Source: a virus
Virus record (IMG/VR): IMGVR_UViG_3300046820_002568
Span: 64,001-128,000 of that record
Direction: 5' to 3' (one strand)
DNA: 64,000 bases
Shown here: piece by piece, positions 10,138-21,500 of the stretch
Position numbering within the stretch: the stretch's first letter is position 1
Layout: every line of letters begins with the position of its first letter
Notes under the pieces: model-generated
The model's input: the letters and a program-made list of their open reading frames with translations, nothing else
Told to the model about the DNA's origin: nothing
Database searches by the model: none
Made by a program: the position numbers and the translations under genes

Positions 10138-12678
10138 TTAAATATCATTATAATTTCTAACATCAAAAAACTTATAACCATAAGTTCTAAGTGAACCCGT
10201 ATTATTAACTTCACCAATTCTCCTGAAATTCTCCATTCCTGATATTTTTCCTCTTTCAATAAATACATTTGATTGGATTATTGGCTGCTCAATTACATTC
10301 ATTAGATATTCCATTTTAGTAATTGTTGTTGCCGTTAAGTTAACCTCTGAAAATCCATAAGATTGTACAACAAATACACTAGTACCTGCCGAAAAATCTA
10401 TGTAACTTTGGTCGTTAATTGTATAAGCGGTATATTCAGGACTTTGCGAAGTCACCACTCCTGTAGTACCATCAGGTAAATTAATTACTAAATCATTAAC
10501 ATATGGATTTATTCCATAAACTTTCAGTTCTTCAAGTCTAGACTGAGTAAATCCTGAAATAATGTATGGTACTTCTACAAAATTCCAGCTAGATTGAGCG
10601 TCAATAGTATTCAATGCGTCAAAATAATTTATAAAATTTTGAGATTTTGGACTTGTATTCCATGAGCCATTTTTAGTTAAAAATCTTACTTCCCCATAAG
10701 GATTTTCTATTTCTACTGTAAGATTTGTACCCAGTGCAGGAGTAGGGGTAGGCGTTGAGTTCACACCTATTGTTGGTGTTACGGTAATAGTAGGGGTTGT
10801 TACGATTGTGGGTGTAACTGTTGGGGTAACACCGATGTCAACAGTTGGCGTTGGGGGTAAAAACGGTGGCTCACATCCGGTAGAGCTTGCTAATGCATAT
10901 CTTGGTCCTCCGGGTTCAAATAATACTCTTGCTCTTAAAACTTGACCAGGTGAAAACATCCATGTACATCTTTGACTTGAATAGTCCATAAAATTCATAG
11001 TCATCTCAACAGGATTACCAGGACATGATGAGTAATGCGGATAAACGGGACACCCTGAATTTGGACCGTCATGGGTTGGGGTATCATCAACATCATCACT
11101 TTGGCAATTTCCGTTTCCAGTTCCCCAAATATGTTTTAAGTTCAACCAATGTCCTACCTCATGTGTTGCAGTTCTTCCAACTCCGACAGAATAATTTAGT
11201 CCAGGATTTTCCATACTTCCAATAGTCTCATAATCTAAAACAATTCCATCAGTAGCGGCAGGACCCCCTGGTCCTGGTGCAAATCCAGCATAATTATTAA
11301 TGTCACATACCCAAATATTTAAATATTTGTCCCTTGGCCATGCATTAACCCCTCCTAAGGACTCAAATTGTACTCCATTACCCATAGAGAATTGAGGTAC
11401 ATTTGTAAATTTTCTAGTTATACCATTAGTTGGTCTACCATCAGGGTCTTGAGTTGCCAAACAAAATTGAAGATTCATATTTCCAACTGGTTGGAATATA
11501 TCGGGTGTGTTTGCGATTTGTGGTCCTGATGCGGAAAAATCAATATTTAATTGGTCAATTTGAGCGTAAATTAAATCATCACTTATATTCTGAATATTTT
11601 GACTATAAACAATGTGAAAAACTACAGGAATTGTTATTGTTGTAAATGAAGCGGCTCTTCCTCTATTTTGAATAGCATTTCTAGTAAACTCTTCAATATT
11701 AATTACCTCTTCTTTTGTATTTTTATTTTGTATAAGTGAGTCTTGGTATTCTTGATATCCACATAATAATTCATCCCCTGTTGGGTCAGATTGTAAAGCC
11801 CTACTTATAGGTCCTATCTGTCTTTGTAAAAAACTATCAATTGTTTGCACCGCAGAATACGGTACATTCACTGTTTTTGTAATAACATAATCCCCTAAAG
11901 ATGTTGTACCATAAAAAGTTATGGTATAACTTTTAACATCGGTCAAAGTCGGATATGTATGAGATACCGATTCAGGAATAAAAACTGTAACTTCTTGGAT
12001 TGGTGTACCGTCGCCCCAGTCTATCCTATATGTCGATTCTTGTAAATAAGTTTTTTTGTTATCTGATGTGTTGTATATTGTAATCTCATTTGAGTTAGTG
12101 AATACAAAAGTAAAATTAACTTCGTCGTTTAATTGTGATATTTCTCCGTCCCATGCGGAATAATATCCTATATCTTCGTAGTTTTGCTCTAATAAAATTG
12201 GTATAGATAAATCAATTAATTGTGATGTATTTGGTTGAGTTATTAATAGTTCAACTATACTACCAACAGGGATAGTTATACCATCACCGACCAATTCCAA
12301 AAACAAATAAAAGAAAGTTGTTGCTTCCTGAGTTGGTTGTGTCGTTATGTAATTTACTCTATTTCCATCTTCCGCAATAAAAGTAACAGTTGACCCTGTT
12401 TTTAATTTACTAAAATAAAAAGACCAATCATACCCAGTTGACCCGCTTTTATTAATCCAAATTATTGGAGTTTGTCCTTCAATTGGTTCGAACCCAATAG
12501 AAATTAAATTACCCGCAGATTCCGGTTGAGCAATATTCCAAGTACCCAAGTTAACGGTACCTGAACTTAAAACATAAGATAACCCACTATAATAACCAAA
12601 AGTATTCCCACTATAAGTTTGAGTTGTAAGTTCATTCCTTAAAACCTCAGGTGATATTTTAATTTTAAAAGTTTCCAT
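10138..12678 (-). CDS. Virion protein with PKD-like domain and inserted M43 (pappalysin/ulilysin-like) zinc metalloprotease
   Basis: YRIDWGDG..SHTY (PKD-like); TIPVVFHIV, YLNIWVC, HEVGHWLNLKH (HExxHxxxxxH, 11131-11163), Met-turn MNFMDY, FSPGQ..R; followed by a Pro/Thr linker. Confidence 0.85.
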   Translation of the reverse strand: METFKIKISPEVLRNELTTQTYSGNTFGYYSGLSYVLSSGTVNLGTWNIAQPESAGNLISIGFEPIEGQTPIIWINKSGSTGYDWSFYFSKLKTGSTVTFIAEDGNRVNYITTQPTQEATTFFYLFLELVGDGITIPVGSIVELLITQPNTSQLIDLSIPILLEQNYEDIGYYSAWDGEISQLNDEVNFTFVFTNSNEITIYNTSDNKKTYLQESTYRIDWGDGTPIQEVTVFIPESVSHTYPTLTDVKSYTITFYGTTSLGDYVITKTVNVPYSAVQTIDSFLQRQIGPISRALQSDPTGDELLCGYQEYQDSLIQNKNTKEEVINIEEFTRNAIQNRGRAASFTTITIPVVFHIVYSQNIQNISDDLIYAQIDQLNIDFSASGPQIANTPDIFQPVGNMNLQFCLATQDPDGRPTNGITRKFTNVPQFSMGNGVQFESLGGVNAWPRDKYLNIWVCDINNYAGFAPGPGGPAATDGIVLDYETIGSMENPGLNYSVGVGRTATHEVGHWLNLKHIWGTGNGNCQSDDVDDTPTHDGPNSGCPVYPHYSSCPGNPVEMTMNFMDYSSQRCTWMFSPGQVLRARVLFEPGGPRYALASSTGCEPPFLPPTPTVDIGVTPTVTPTIVTTPTITVTPTIGVNSTPTPTPALGTNLTVEIENPYGEVRFLTKNGSWNTSPKSQNFINYFDALNTIDAQSSWNFVEVPYIISGFTQSRLEELKVYGINPYVNDLVINLPDGTTGVVTSQSPEYTAYTINDQSYIDFSAGTSVFVVQSYGFSEVNLTATTITKMEYLMNVIEQPIIQSNVFIERGKISGMENFRRIGEVNNTGSLRTYGYKFFDVRNYNDI

Positions 12679-13730
12679 TATCCAATAGGGGGGTTAATAT
12701 ATTCAAACCAAGTTATTTCATCAGTTGAACTATCAGTTTGAGTGCTTAGAATTTGATAAGTTTTTGCGTTGTAATCCAAATTAACTACATAATAAAAATC
12801 TTTATTTGATATTCTATATAAATTTGAGTAACTTGTTTGAGGTTCATTTATAAATTTTATATACTGTCCCGTCGCCGCATTGAAAAACTTAGCTGTCATA
12901 TAGAAAGTAGTTATATTAGTTACTGTCTCGTCTTCGAACCAATGAAGGTAGAACCCTTCTTTATTTCCAGTATGGTCTAATATTATTGTAGGAGTAACAA
13001 GTGGTCTAGATGTTGACTCTTCTGTTGGGAGTCCTGTATCACATACACATGGTCCTATTTCAGAAATGGAGTATCTGCTAGTACTGCTAGGAAAATCAAC
13101 TGCTATATAGTAATAGATATAAAGTAGTCCGTCTCTATCTAAATCCAAATATCTAAATTCGGCTTGTGTTCCCAATTTAACACAAATTCTTCTTGTAGGA
13201 TTTTGGCCAGGTACACCTGGAGAAACATTTAATATTTTTTCTGTATTACAACAATCCGTATAAGTTAATCTTCCACTTACAGAGAAAGTGAAAAAATACT
13301 CAAAACATGTTGATTCATTAATACTAGTACTCATCCTTGTTGGAAGAATTACTGTTAAATAATTTCTTTGGGTTTTTGGGTCCATTGAATTATAAAAATC
13401 CAATTTAAAGAAGGATTTATTAAATGCCTCTGAAGCATATCTAACTTGTCCGTCAGTAAATTTGGATAGATAACTATTTTCCCAAGGACCTTCAATTGAT
13501 GGTGAAAAATTAAATCTATATGTTAACCTGCTAAATCCTTGTCCTGTTGCATCGTGTGAAAATCTTGAAAGTTCGTAATTAATCGGTTGACCTATAACTT
13601 GCTCAATTATATTTTCCTGCTCTTCCAAAATTGAGGATTCTCTATCTAAAAAATCCCAATTCATACCAATCGGAACTACAATTCCTTTAGTTAAATCACT
13701 GTCGAGTATTTTAATTCTATTCACATCCAT
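12678..13730 (-). CDS. Putative virion structural protein
   Basis: 350-aa ORF overlapping both neighbours in the baseplate operon; internal Cys-rich module. Confidence 0.5.
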   Translation of the reverse strand: MDVNRIKILDSDLTKGIVVPIGMNWDFLDRESSILEEQENIIEQVIGQPINYELSRFSHDATGQGFSRLTYRFNFSPSIEGPWENSYLSKFTDGQVRYASEAFNKSFFKLDFYNSMDPKTQRNYLTVILPTRMSTSINESTCFEYFFTFSVSGRLTYTDCCNTEKILNVSPGVPGQNPTRRICVKLGTQAEFRYLDLDRDGLLYIYYYIAVDFPSSTSRYSISEIGPCVCDTGLPTEESTSRPLVTPTIILDHTGNKEGFYLHWFEDETVTNITTFYMTAKFFNAATGQYIKFINEPQTSYSNLYRISNKDFYYVVNLDYNAKTYQILSTQTDSSTDEITWFEYINPPIG

Positions 13731-15501
13731 CTATTGTGGGGTCTTCAACTGCTATTGTGTTTATTGAAATATTAGTTCCCTCGGGTATTATTCTAAACAT
13801 AAAATTCTTATAAGGGTAGTGTCTTCCATTCATAAATGGAAAATCAGTTCCATTACCATCTGAGTCAATAAATCCATATGGATATAAATCTCTCCAATAA
13901 AATGTATTATTATAATTAGAGTAAAAAGCATAATCTGGTATTCCATCAGTAGTTTCTTTTGAGCCTTCCTCGATATAATCTGAAAAATCTTTTATCTTTA
14001 TACCAAAAAAAGGTTTATAATAGTATCCCAATGGATTGTTTATACTAGTTCCGATATTAAAAACTTCAGGATTAAAAACAAATTTATGATAACAATCTGA
14101 TAATACAGTTTCTATTTGTGTTATTTCATTCCATTCACATAGGTCTCCATTAATATATTGACCTGGACTTAAATTTCTATTCCTATAGAATGTCCTACCA
14201 TTAGTATCAAAGGCATCAGATGGTATTGTTGTGTTTGAGTAAGTATTAGACCTCTCCCACCAAGCTGTTGTCACATTTGAAATATTAAATTCCCAACCTT
14301 CTTTCAACCCATTTCCTTGGTCTGTCTCGGGGTTGAAGTAACCGAAAAATCCTCTATTGACTACTGTAAAAAATAACTCGGTAAGTGGTCTATTTAAATT
14401 ATCCATTAAACCATTAATATTCACAGTATTGTTAAATGATACATTATAAGATTGTGAATCTTCCTTTATAGATATTCTTGATTTCTGATTTGGTGTTAAA
14501 TCGGCACTTTCCCATTTTTTAGTAGTTCTAAATGCATTTTGTTCAAATCCTGAATTTGTTATTATCGCATCTGTATATGTTGTTAAAATTCTATGTCTTC
14601 TAACATAATATCTAGATTGGGACTCGGTTGGGTTGTCAATGTCTACAACCCTGAAAAATAATCCAGTTTTTGATTCAAAAAACGATGTTGATGTTTCATA
14701 AAAATTAATATCCAAAACATTAAATATAGTTTCTTCTGAACCATAAAATCCGTTACCTAAACTATACACCTCAAATCTATTTCTGTCTGTTTGTACCACA
14801 GATGCCGCATTAACAACTGTGACACTTGGTAAATAAACATATTCACCAACTTGTAAGTTATGTTTAAATGGACAAGTAAACTGCCAAAAAGTTTTGCCGT
14901 CAACATTTATTTTATTCATAATAAATGGTATACCATTTATTGGTTGCCATGTTATTGTTTGCCCATCACCAAATTGATATTGTAGTGTTTTTATACTGTT
15001 ACTTTCAGCGGGATAACTTAAATGAATATACCAATTATAGTAAGATGCCAGTTGAGCCTGTCCATTTATATGTCTACTCAATCCAGTAGTATATCCATCA
15101 ACATTTAAATCAGTTCTTATAAAATTAAATTCATTATATTGAGGTAAACCTCCCCATGGTATAGGAATATCATCGTTCTGAACTTGTAGTCTTTTATATT
15201 GTTCAGCATTAATATAATATAAATTATTATTAAATGGACTATACGGACTGTCAGGTGTTTGGGTAACACCTGAAAAAGAATTGTTAAATATCAATTGGAA
15301 TTTACACGATGGTAAGAACAAAGTCGATTTTTGCCTCTCATCATCATAGACTTGAGCCAAATTTATACTAACAGTTCTATTAAATTCATCTAATTCTTTA
15401 AGTTTCCCACTTAAAGGCACTGAAAGTTGTATCGATTTTTCGGGAGCCTGTTTATATCTCAGACTACCTTTAACAAATTCTATTTTACCTAAATCACTCA
15501 T
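13717..15501 (-). CDS. Putative virion structural protein
   Basis: 594-aa ORF overlapping both neighbours in the baseplate operon. Confidence 0.5.
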   Translation of the reverse strand: MSDLGKIEFVKGSLRYKQAPEKSIQLSVPLSGKLKELDEFNRTVSINLAQVYDDERQKSTLFLPSCKFQLIFNNSFSGVTQTPDSPYSPFNNNLYYINAEQYKRLQVQNDDIPIPWGGLPQYNEFNFIRTDLNVDGYTTGLSRHINGQAQLASYYNWYIHLSYPAESNSIKTLQYQFGDGQTITWQPINGIPFIMNKINVDGKTFWQFTCPFKHNLQVGEYVYLPSVTVVNAASVVQTDRNRFEVYSLGNGFYGSEETIFNVLDINFYETSTSFFESKTGLFFRVVDIDNPTESQSRYYVRRHRILTTYTDAIITNSGFEQNAFRTTKKWESADLTPNQKSRISIKEDSQSYNVSFNNTVNINGLMDNLNRPLTELFFTVVNRGFFGYFNPETDQGNGLKEGWEFNISNVTTAWWERSNTYSNTTIPSDAFDTNGRTFYRNRNLSPGQYINGDLCEWNEITQIETVLSDCYHKFVFNPEVFNIGTSINNPLGYYYKPFFGIKIKDFSDYIEEGSKETTDGIPDYAFYSNYNNTFYWRDLYPYGFIDSDGNGTDFPFMNGRHYPYKNFMFRIIPEGTNISINTIAVEDPTIDGCE

Positions 15502-18500
15502 ATACTATATTTGTATCAACATATTTCTGTATAAATAGGTCCATTGCTGTTCCTCCTTGAACTAATCCAAAATAAAAATGGAATGGAGCCCCAAAAGTAT
15601 ACCTATTATTAGTGCTTTGTGGAGCCTGAAAGGTCGGTACTCTTATCGGATATCCATTAGAATCAACTACCGGATTTCCGTTAGAATCTAATAGAATTTC
15701 AAAATTAATGAGGTAACCTTTATAATAAAAAGTATCATTTCCATCAGGTCTAAAATATTCAGAACTAGGGTTTAACCTATCTAAAGTTTGATATCTATGA
15801 TTAAAGAACCCATTAGGGAATGTTGAGCTATTTGTATACTCATTGGAGTCAAATTCTGTGATGAAATTGTTTGACTGATATCCAAATACACTTTCCTCTT
15901 CGGCTCTATCGTGGAAAACATTCCACTGATAAAAAGGTACAACCTGACTTTTAGTACCAATGTCTGTAAAGTCAGAATCGACTATTGCTCCAAATTCAGC
16001 ATGTTCATCCCATATTGTTCTTCTTGGAGTTATATAATCCCTTAATTGATTATCTCCACTCATGTATATGGCGAATACTGGTTTGTTAGAGCGAGTTATT
16101 CTTTGGACTCCTCCTCGGCTAAATCCTAAAATAAACGGTTGTCCAGGTATGCCCTCATCCCTACCAAAAAATATGTCATTATTTGTGTAAGTTTCGGGAG
16201 AATATTCATTAACTCCAAACTCAGAATTTATAGATATCATCTGAGCATAATCAGCATCGATTAATCCAGGTAATAGGTTTAACGCATATACTTCTCCATT
16301 TTTCCATCTTGTGTTTGAGAACATAGCTCCAATAGATGGGTCATCAGAACCCTCCTCATTACCTCCCTCATCTACAGGTAATGGTATTAATAACTGTAAA
16401 AAGCTAGCATCTATAAGACGACTTAATACAAAAAGATTCAATAAGTCAGTTGTATCTTGATAGGTTGTACTAGGTATTCTATCCACAATATATCCATCAT
16501 ATTCGTCAGAATATACTAGTTCTTGTATGAAAGAATTTTTTGGACCCATATCCATAATAGTGGTTGGGTATAGTAAATTTCTTTTATTTCCTCTATCATC
16601 ATTTTCTGACATGGGTCTTCCAACAAAATCACTACCATTCCATGGACTACTTCGATAATAATAATTGTTCAAAGGATTATGGAAGTATATTACATCCCTA
16701 CAAAATCTTCTAATTGGTTGATTTTGGTCATCAAATATTGTTTGATTTTGAAAAGGGAATGCATATAGTGTTCCGTTTATCCAATTATTTGAAAAGGTGT
16801 GAGAAAAAATTTCAAAACATTGAGCAAAAGTTAATTTTAATCTTTGAATCCACTCGACTACCGAAGCAATGTCCCAATAAAATTTACCATCTGGGTCATC
16901 AGGTATTGGGTGAGGGAATAGCGATGCCAGTGGTTTTGATACAAAATTATAACATCCTCTAGTTCTTTTAAACCAAATCCAATCAGCCCCAAGATTAGCA
17001 TCTTGTCTACTGTATCCTCTACCTCCCTCATCATAAATCATAGGATTGTTCTCAGAATCAGTATAGTAACTATTTAGGTCAACTGCGTAATAACACTCAC
17101 TTAAAGACCTAGCAACATTTGCAATTGGACTATCCTCACCTCCAGGTAAATCACTATAAGTCGTATCACTAATAGGAGGTGTTTCGATATCACCACCACC
17201 TAATTGTGTTACATTACATTCCTTGTCAATTCTATAGATTGAAAATCCGTTGTTTTGATGTAACAAATATCCATTTCCATTATTGTCAGTTTGCGTCGTA
17301 TCTGAGCTAGGTAATCTATCAGTTCTAAATACATTTCTTACTCTATTATTTATTTCAATTGTATGATTTGGATTTACATACCAATATCTTCTAGCATCTT
17401 CAATCGAATCAAAGAACTGTTGGAATCCTGGAGATGGGTCAACATTTTCAGGGAATGTTGCGTAACATGGGGAAATGTAACCAATATTAAATCCAGGTTC
17501 AATATATCTTCTATAACTTCTAGTACACCCATTACTACAAGCACCACCCCCACCATTCCATTGTGGGTCATTAGAACTACCAAACCATCCTTGTCCAGCC
17601 GGGTCATTATACACACAGTCAATATTACTACCAAATAAAGTCTGACCATAATCCCTACTTGCATCAATCTCACTTCCCATTGCGGAACCTCCTTCAACAT
17701 ATTCTTGACCCCAATAAGAACCAACTTCATTTACACTATGAGCCGCATAATAATCATGATAAACATGAAGTCTTGTTCTAAGTTCAACCCTATATCTACA
17801 ACATCCGGCACAACCTGTATCATTATCATCACAAGCACACGAATTTCCCTCGGTTGAGACTGTAACTGATGGTTCATTACCGCAGGTAAGTTGCATGTTA
17901 CTACCATGAGTATCACTATAAGCACATGGTATTCTAAATCCATCACTACCTCCAGCCGCCGCTGCTGGAACTATAGGAAGTAAAACTTGTGTAAACAAAT
18001 TTCTGAAGCCTCCTTGGTCTTGACTTTTAATACCTATAGGATTTGCAAAACTTTCAGATTGTAATATAAAAGAATCTAAATTTCCAACAGTATATGTTTT
18101 CCATCTATGACCTTCTTCTGAAGAAAAATACAAGGTATCTTCGTCAAGCGCCGAATAATATGTTGGCATTGTAGTAGTAAATCCAGTGAATTGGTTGGCA
18201 TCGTAAGTAAAAAATTGACTAGGAAAAAATATAGTGCCTCTACTTGATAAATCCGAATTATTTTGGATTTCATTGTGTTTAGGTAATTTCAAACCAAAAG
18301 TATTATCATCTGTCCAGCCTAATGTATCAGCATAGTAAGTAATATCTTGTAGCGTAAAATCTCTAACTTGTAATTGATATTCGTGATTCTCGGTTAAATT
18401 TAAATTAAAAAACTCAGAATAGTTTGAGGTATTAGTATTTAAACTGGTAGTTTCTGATAAAATATATACTCCATCTGTAAGGTCTCTTATAAAAATACCT

Positions 18501-21500
18501 AATCCATTAGGATTATTGACATTTCCGCTATATTTCAAAACTATTCGAATTCTAAATATCCCAGTTAGTGGCGCGGTTAAAATTCCACCATTAAAAATAT
18601 CATTATTATCGGGTAATATACTAGGTGATTCCTCCAAAGGTCCCAAAGGAATTACTCCAGAAGGTAGTGTTATGTTTGACGACAATAATGCTAAAAATTG
18701 ATATTCAGGATTGATAATCGGCTGACCATTAAGAGCAATTGCTGTGACTTGTCCAATCATTGCCCATCCACTAGAATTATTGGCGTTAAATCCTACTTGT
18801 ATATCACCTCCAGGTAATATTGGTTGATTTGGTTTAAATCTTCCTTGTACAATACACTCGCCGGTAATATCATAAGAAGCTCCAAGTGGTAATCCTAAAT
18901 CAAGTGTCGGAGGTGAAGAATATACATTACTTACTCCAAAATATCTTCTTAAATCATATCTTATTTCAATATCTGGGGCATTTGGGTCAACTCCTCTTTG
19001 TAGAAAAATAATTCTTAGATTTGGGTCTGGTCTATCTTCAAATGGAATTGGTTCAACATCAGGACTTGGGGTAAATGACCTAACCATATCATAATTTCCA
19101 ACAGGGTGAGTTGTTGTACTAAAACAAGCATCAAAACAAGTTTGTTCATTTTGATTAACTTGATAATGTCTAAATACTCCCATTCCATTTCCAAAAGTTG
19201 GGGTCCCATTAGTATAGGTATAACTATCTTTATATCCCGCAGTATCTGACCTTAAAAATCTCCAAGGTAATGAAAACCTTCTATCACTAGTTGAGGTTGG
19301 GGGTGCTGTATTTGTATAATATCTAAAATCTTGATAAGATATTTCTTTAATTACTTGAAAATATTCAATGTCCATTGGATAGCAGGATGTTACACTTTCT
19401 CCCTCTGATGATTGTAATTGATTAACAACTACTCCATTTGGTCCTATTCCTACAACTCCTGAATTATTAGAATAAGCATCAGACATATCATATATTGTAG
19501 TTTTTAAAGGTATGTCAGGTTGAGCAGTATTTGGATTTGCGTATCTAACAATAGCTGAACTAGGGTAAGATTTGAATCCTCTAGAGACATTCACATTTGG
19601 GTCAAGTGAGTCATTAGGATTTTGAAATGTTAAAATGTCGCCTCTTGTGAATCCTGTATTATCAACTAACAATACTATTAAATTATCAAAGTGAAAAGTA
19701 GTGTCAGGGTCATTAGCATCAGGATTCCAAGTTACCTTTACTTGATTCCATCCAGTATTTCCAGGACTTAAACTACCGCCGATTCTATTTTCAAGACTTT
19801 CTGACCCTTGATTTTCAGTCAAATTGTCAAAATATTTTGCTTTAGTGTTGAATAAATTCATCCTTTCGGGAAAAGTTAATTGTGGTGAAAATATTGTTGT
19901 ATTAACACCATTAATATTTCCTCTCCAAACAGGAAGTTTCCTTGTTCTGTAGTCGTTAGCACCATTACCTGCCAACATCACCCCAACAGCATCTGCATAC
20001 TGTAAATCATTGTTTATATAATATGGTTGATAAGAACTATACGCATTTCCATTTGTTGCAACATTGTAAGAAGAAATTAAAGCAACATCTGCCAAATAAG
20101 ATACATTTACAGAATCAATTTGTTGTTGATTTTGTACTAATTCATATAATGTCTGATTATTTGCCTCATCTAATTCTTGGTCCTCAACCTTACATCTACA
20201 CCTTTCGCAACCGTCTTCAGTATATAGAAATAATGGGACTGCAATATTTTTAAAAGGATTTTGTAATAATTCACCTAGTGGTCGAGGTTCATTACATGGT
20301 TTATCCCTTAGATTTATTCTATCGAGTAACCTACATATACCATATACTAATTGTTGTATACCCCAAACTAAAATAAGAAGAGTTGCAATTACGGGCCAAA
20401 GAAATGCCAAGACATGAAGAAATATAACAATCATGGTCATAACAGGCTTAAAAAGTGTTAATATGAAATTAATCGCAATGAAAAGAAAATCATATCGATA
20501 ATAAACATCATTAGTTGGAAATGTATTAAATTGACCTTCACACTTATTATCTGTGACATGTTTAATTTGAATTGATTTTTGTGGAAAATACCTATTTGAA
20601 TATCTGTCAATTAATTGTGACACAGTGTATACCTTATTATACTGAAATTCATAAAATCTATCTTCACAATTAACAGCTTCTTGTATCATATCGGGTGTCC
20701 CGTAGTCTGACCAGCTAACACTAAAAGCATATGAACTTTGCATTCTAAATTCAGACTCTTCTAAAACTTGGACAATGAATTCACCATCCAGTAATGGGTC
20801 AACCAAAGTATATCTTATAGCAACAACACTTGATTGTAGAAGGTTCATTGGAATGGTATCCTTCATATCCGGTCTTTCAACTCCGTCCACTAATACTATA
20901 TAAGATGAAATATTAATAGAATCTTGGAAATTATAATAAGAACCATTTGTTGGTAATATGTAATCAAATGGTCCAGCACTTGGTGGTTCATTATTTGCCG
21001 GAGTAACATGAGGTAAAGTAAAAGATTGAGTAGTGAAAAAAGAATAATTTGGGTCAGTATTATTTACCCATCCTTGCTCTTTAATATTTGGTACTAAAAA
21101 ATACCCACGCCTATTTTCTTCTCTAAGTGATGGTGATTGTTGCCATTTAATCTTAAACCTATATCTAGCTCTTATTGGTACACCAACACTACCATCAGGA
21201 GATATTTGTCTAATACCATTTTCATCTGTATAAACATAGTCCAAGTTCATTGGCAACTCTACCATCCAAGCCCCATTTTCGTCAATTAATTTTCCGTCAT
21301 TTTGAAGTCTGTATTGTTCTAAAACAGGGAGCCCTTGGTCGTCGCTAAAAACCGTATGTCTTATGGTCTCAATTTGACCAGGCCCCGATATCATATCGCA
21401 AAGCCATCCTTGTTTAGAAGGTACTCGACATCTTCTTTTTAACTTTTTTCTATCTTTGGCAGAAATTAATGAACCAATAAAAACTGATGTTGGTATAATT

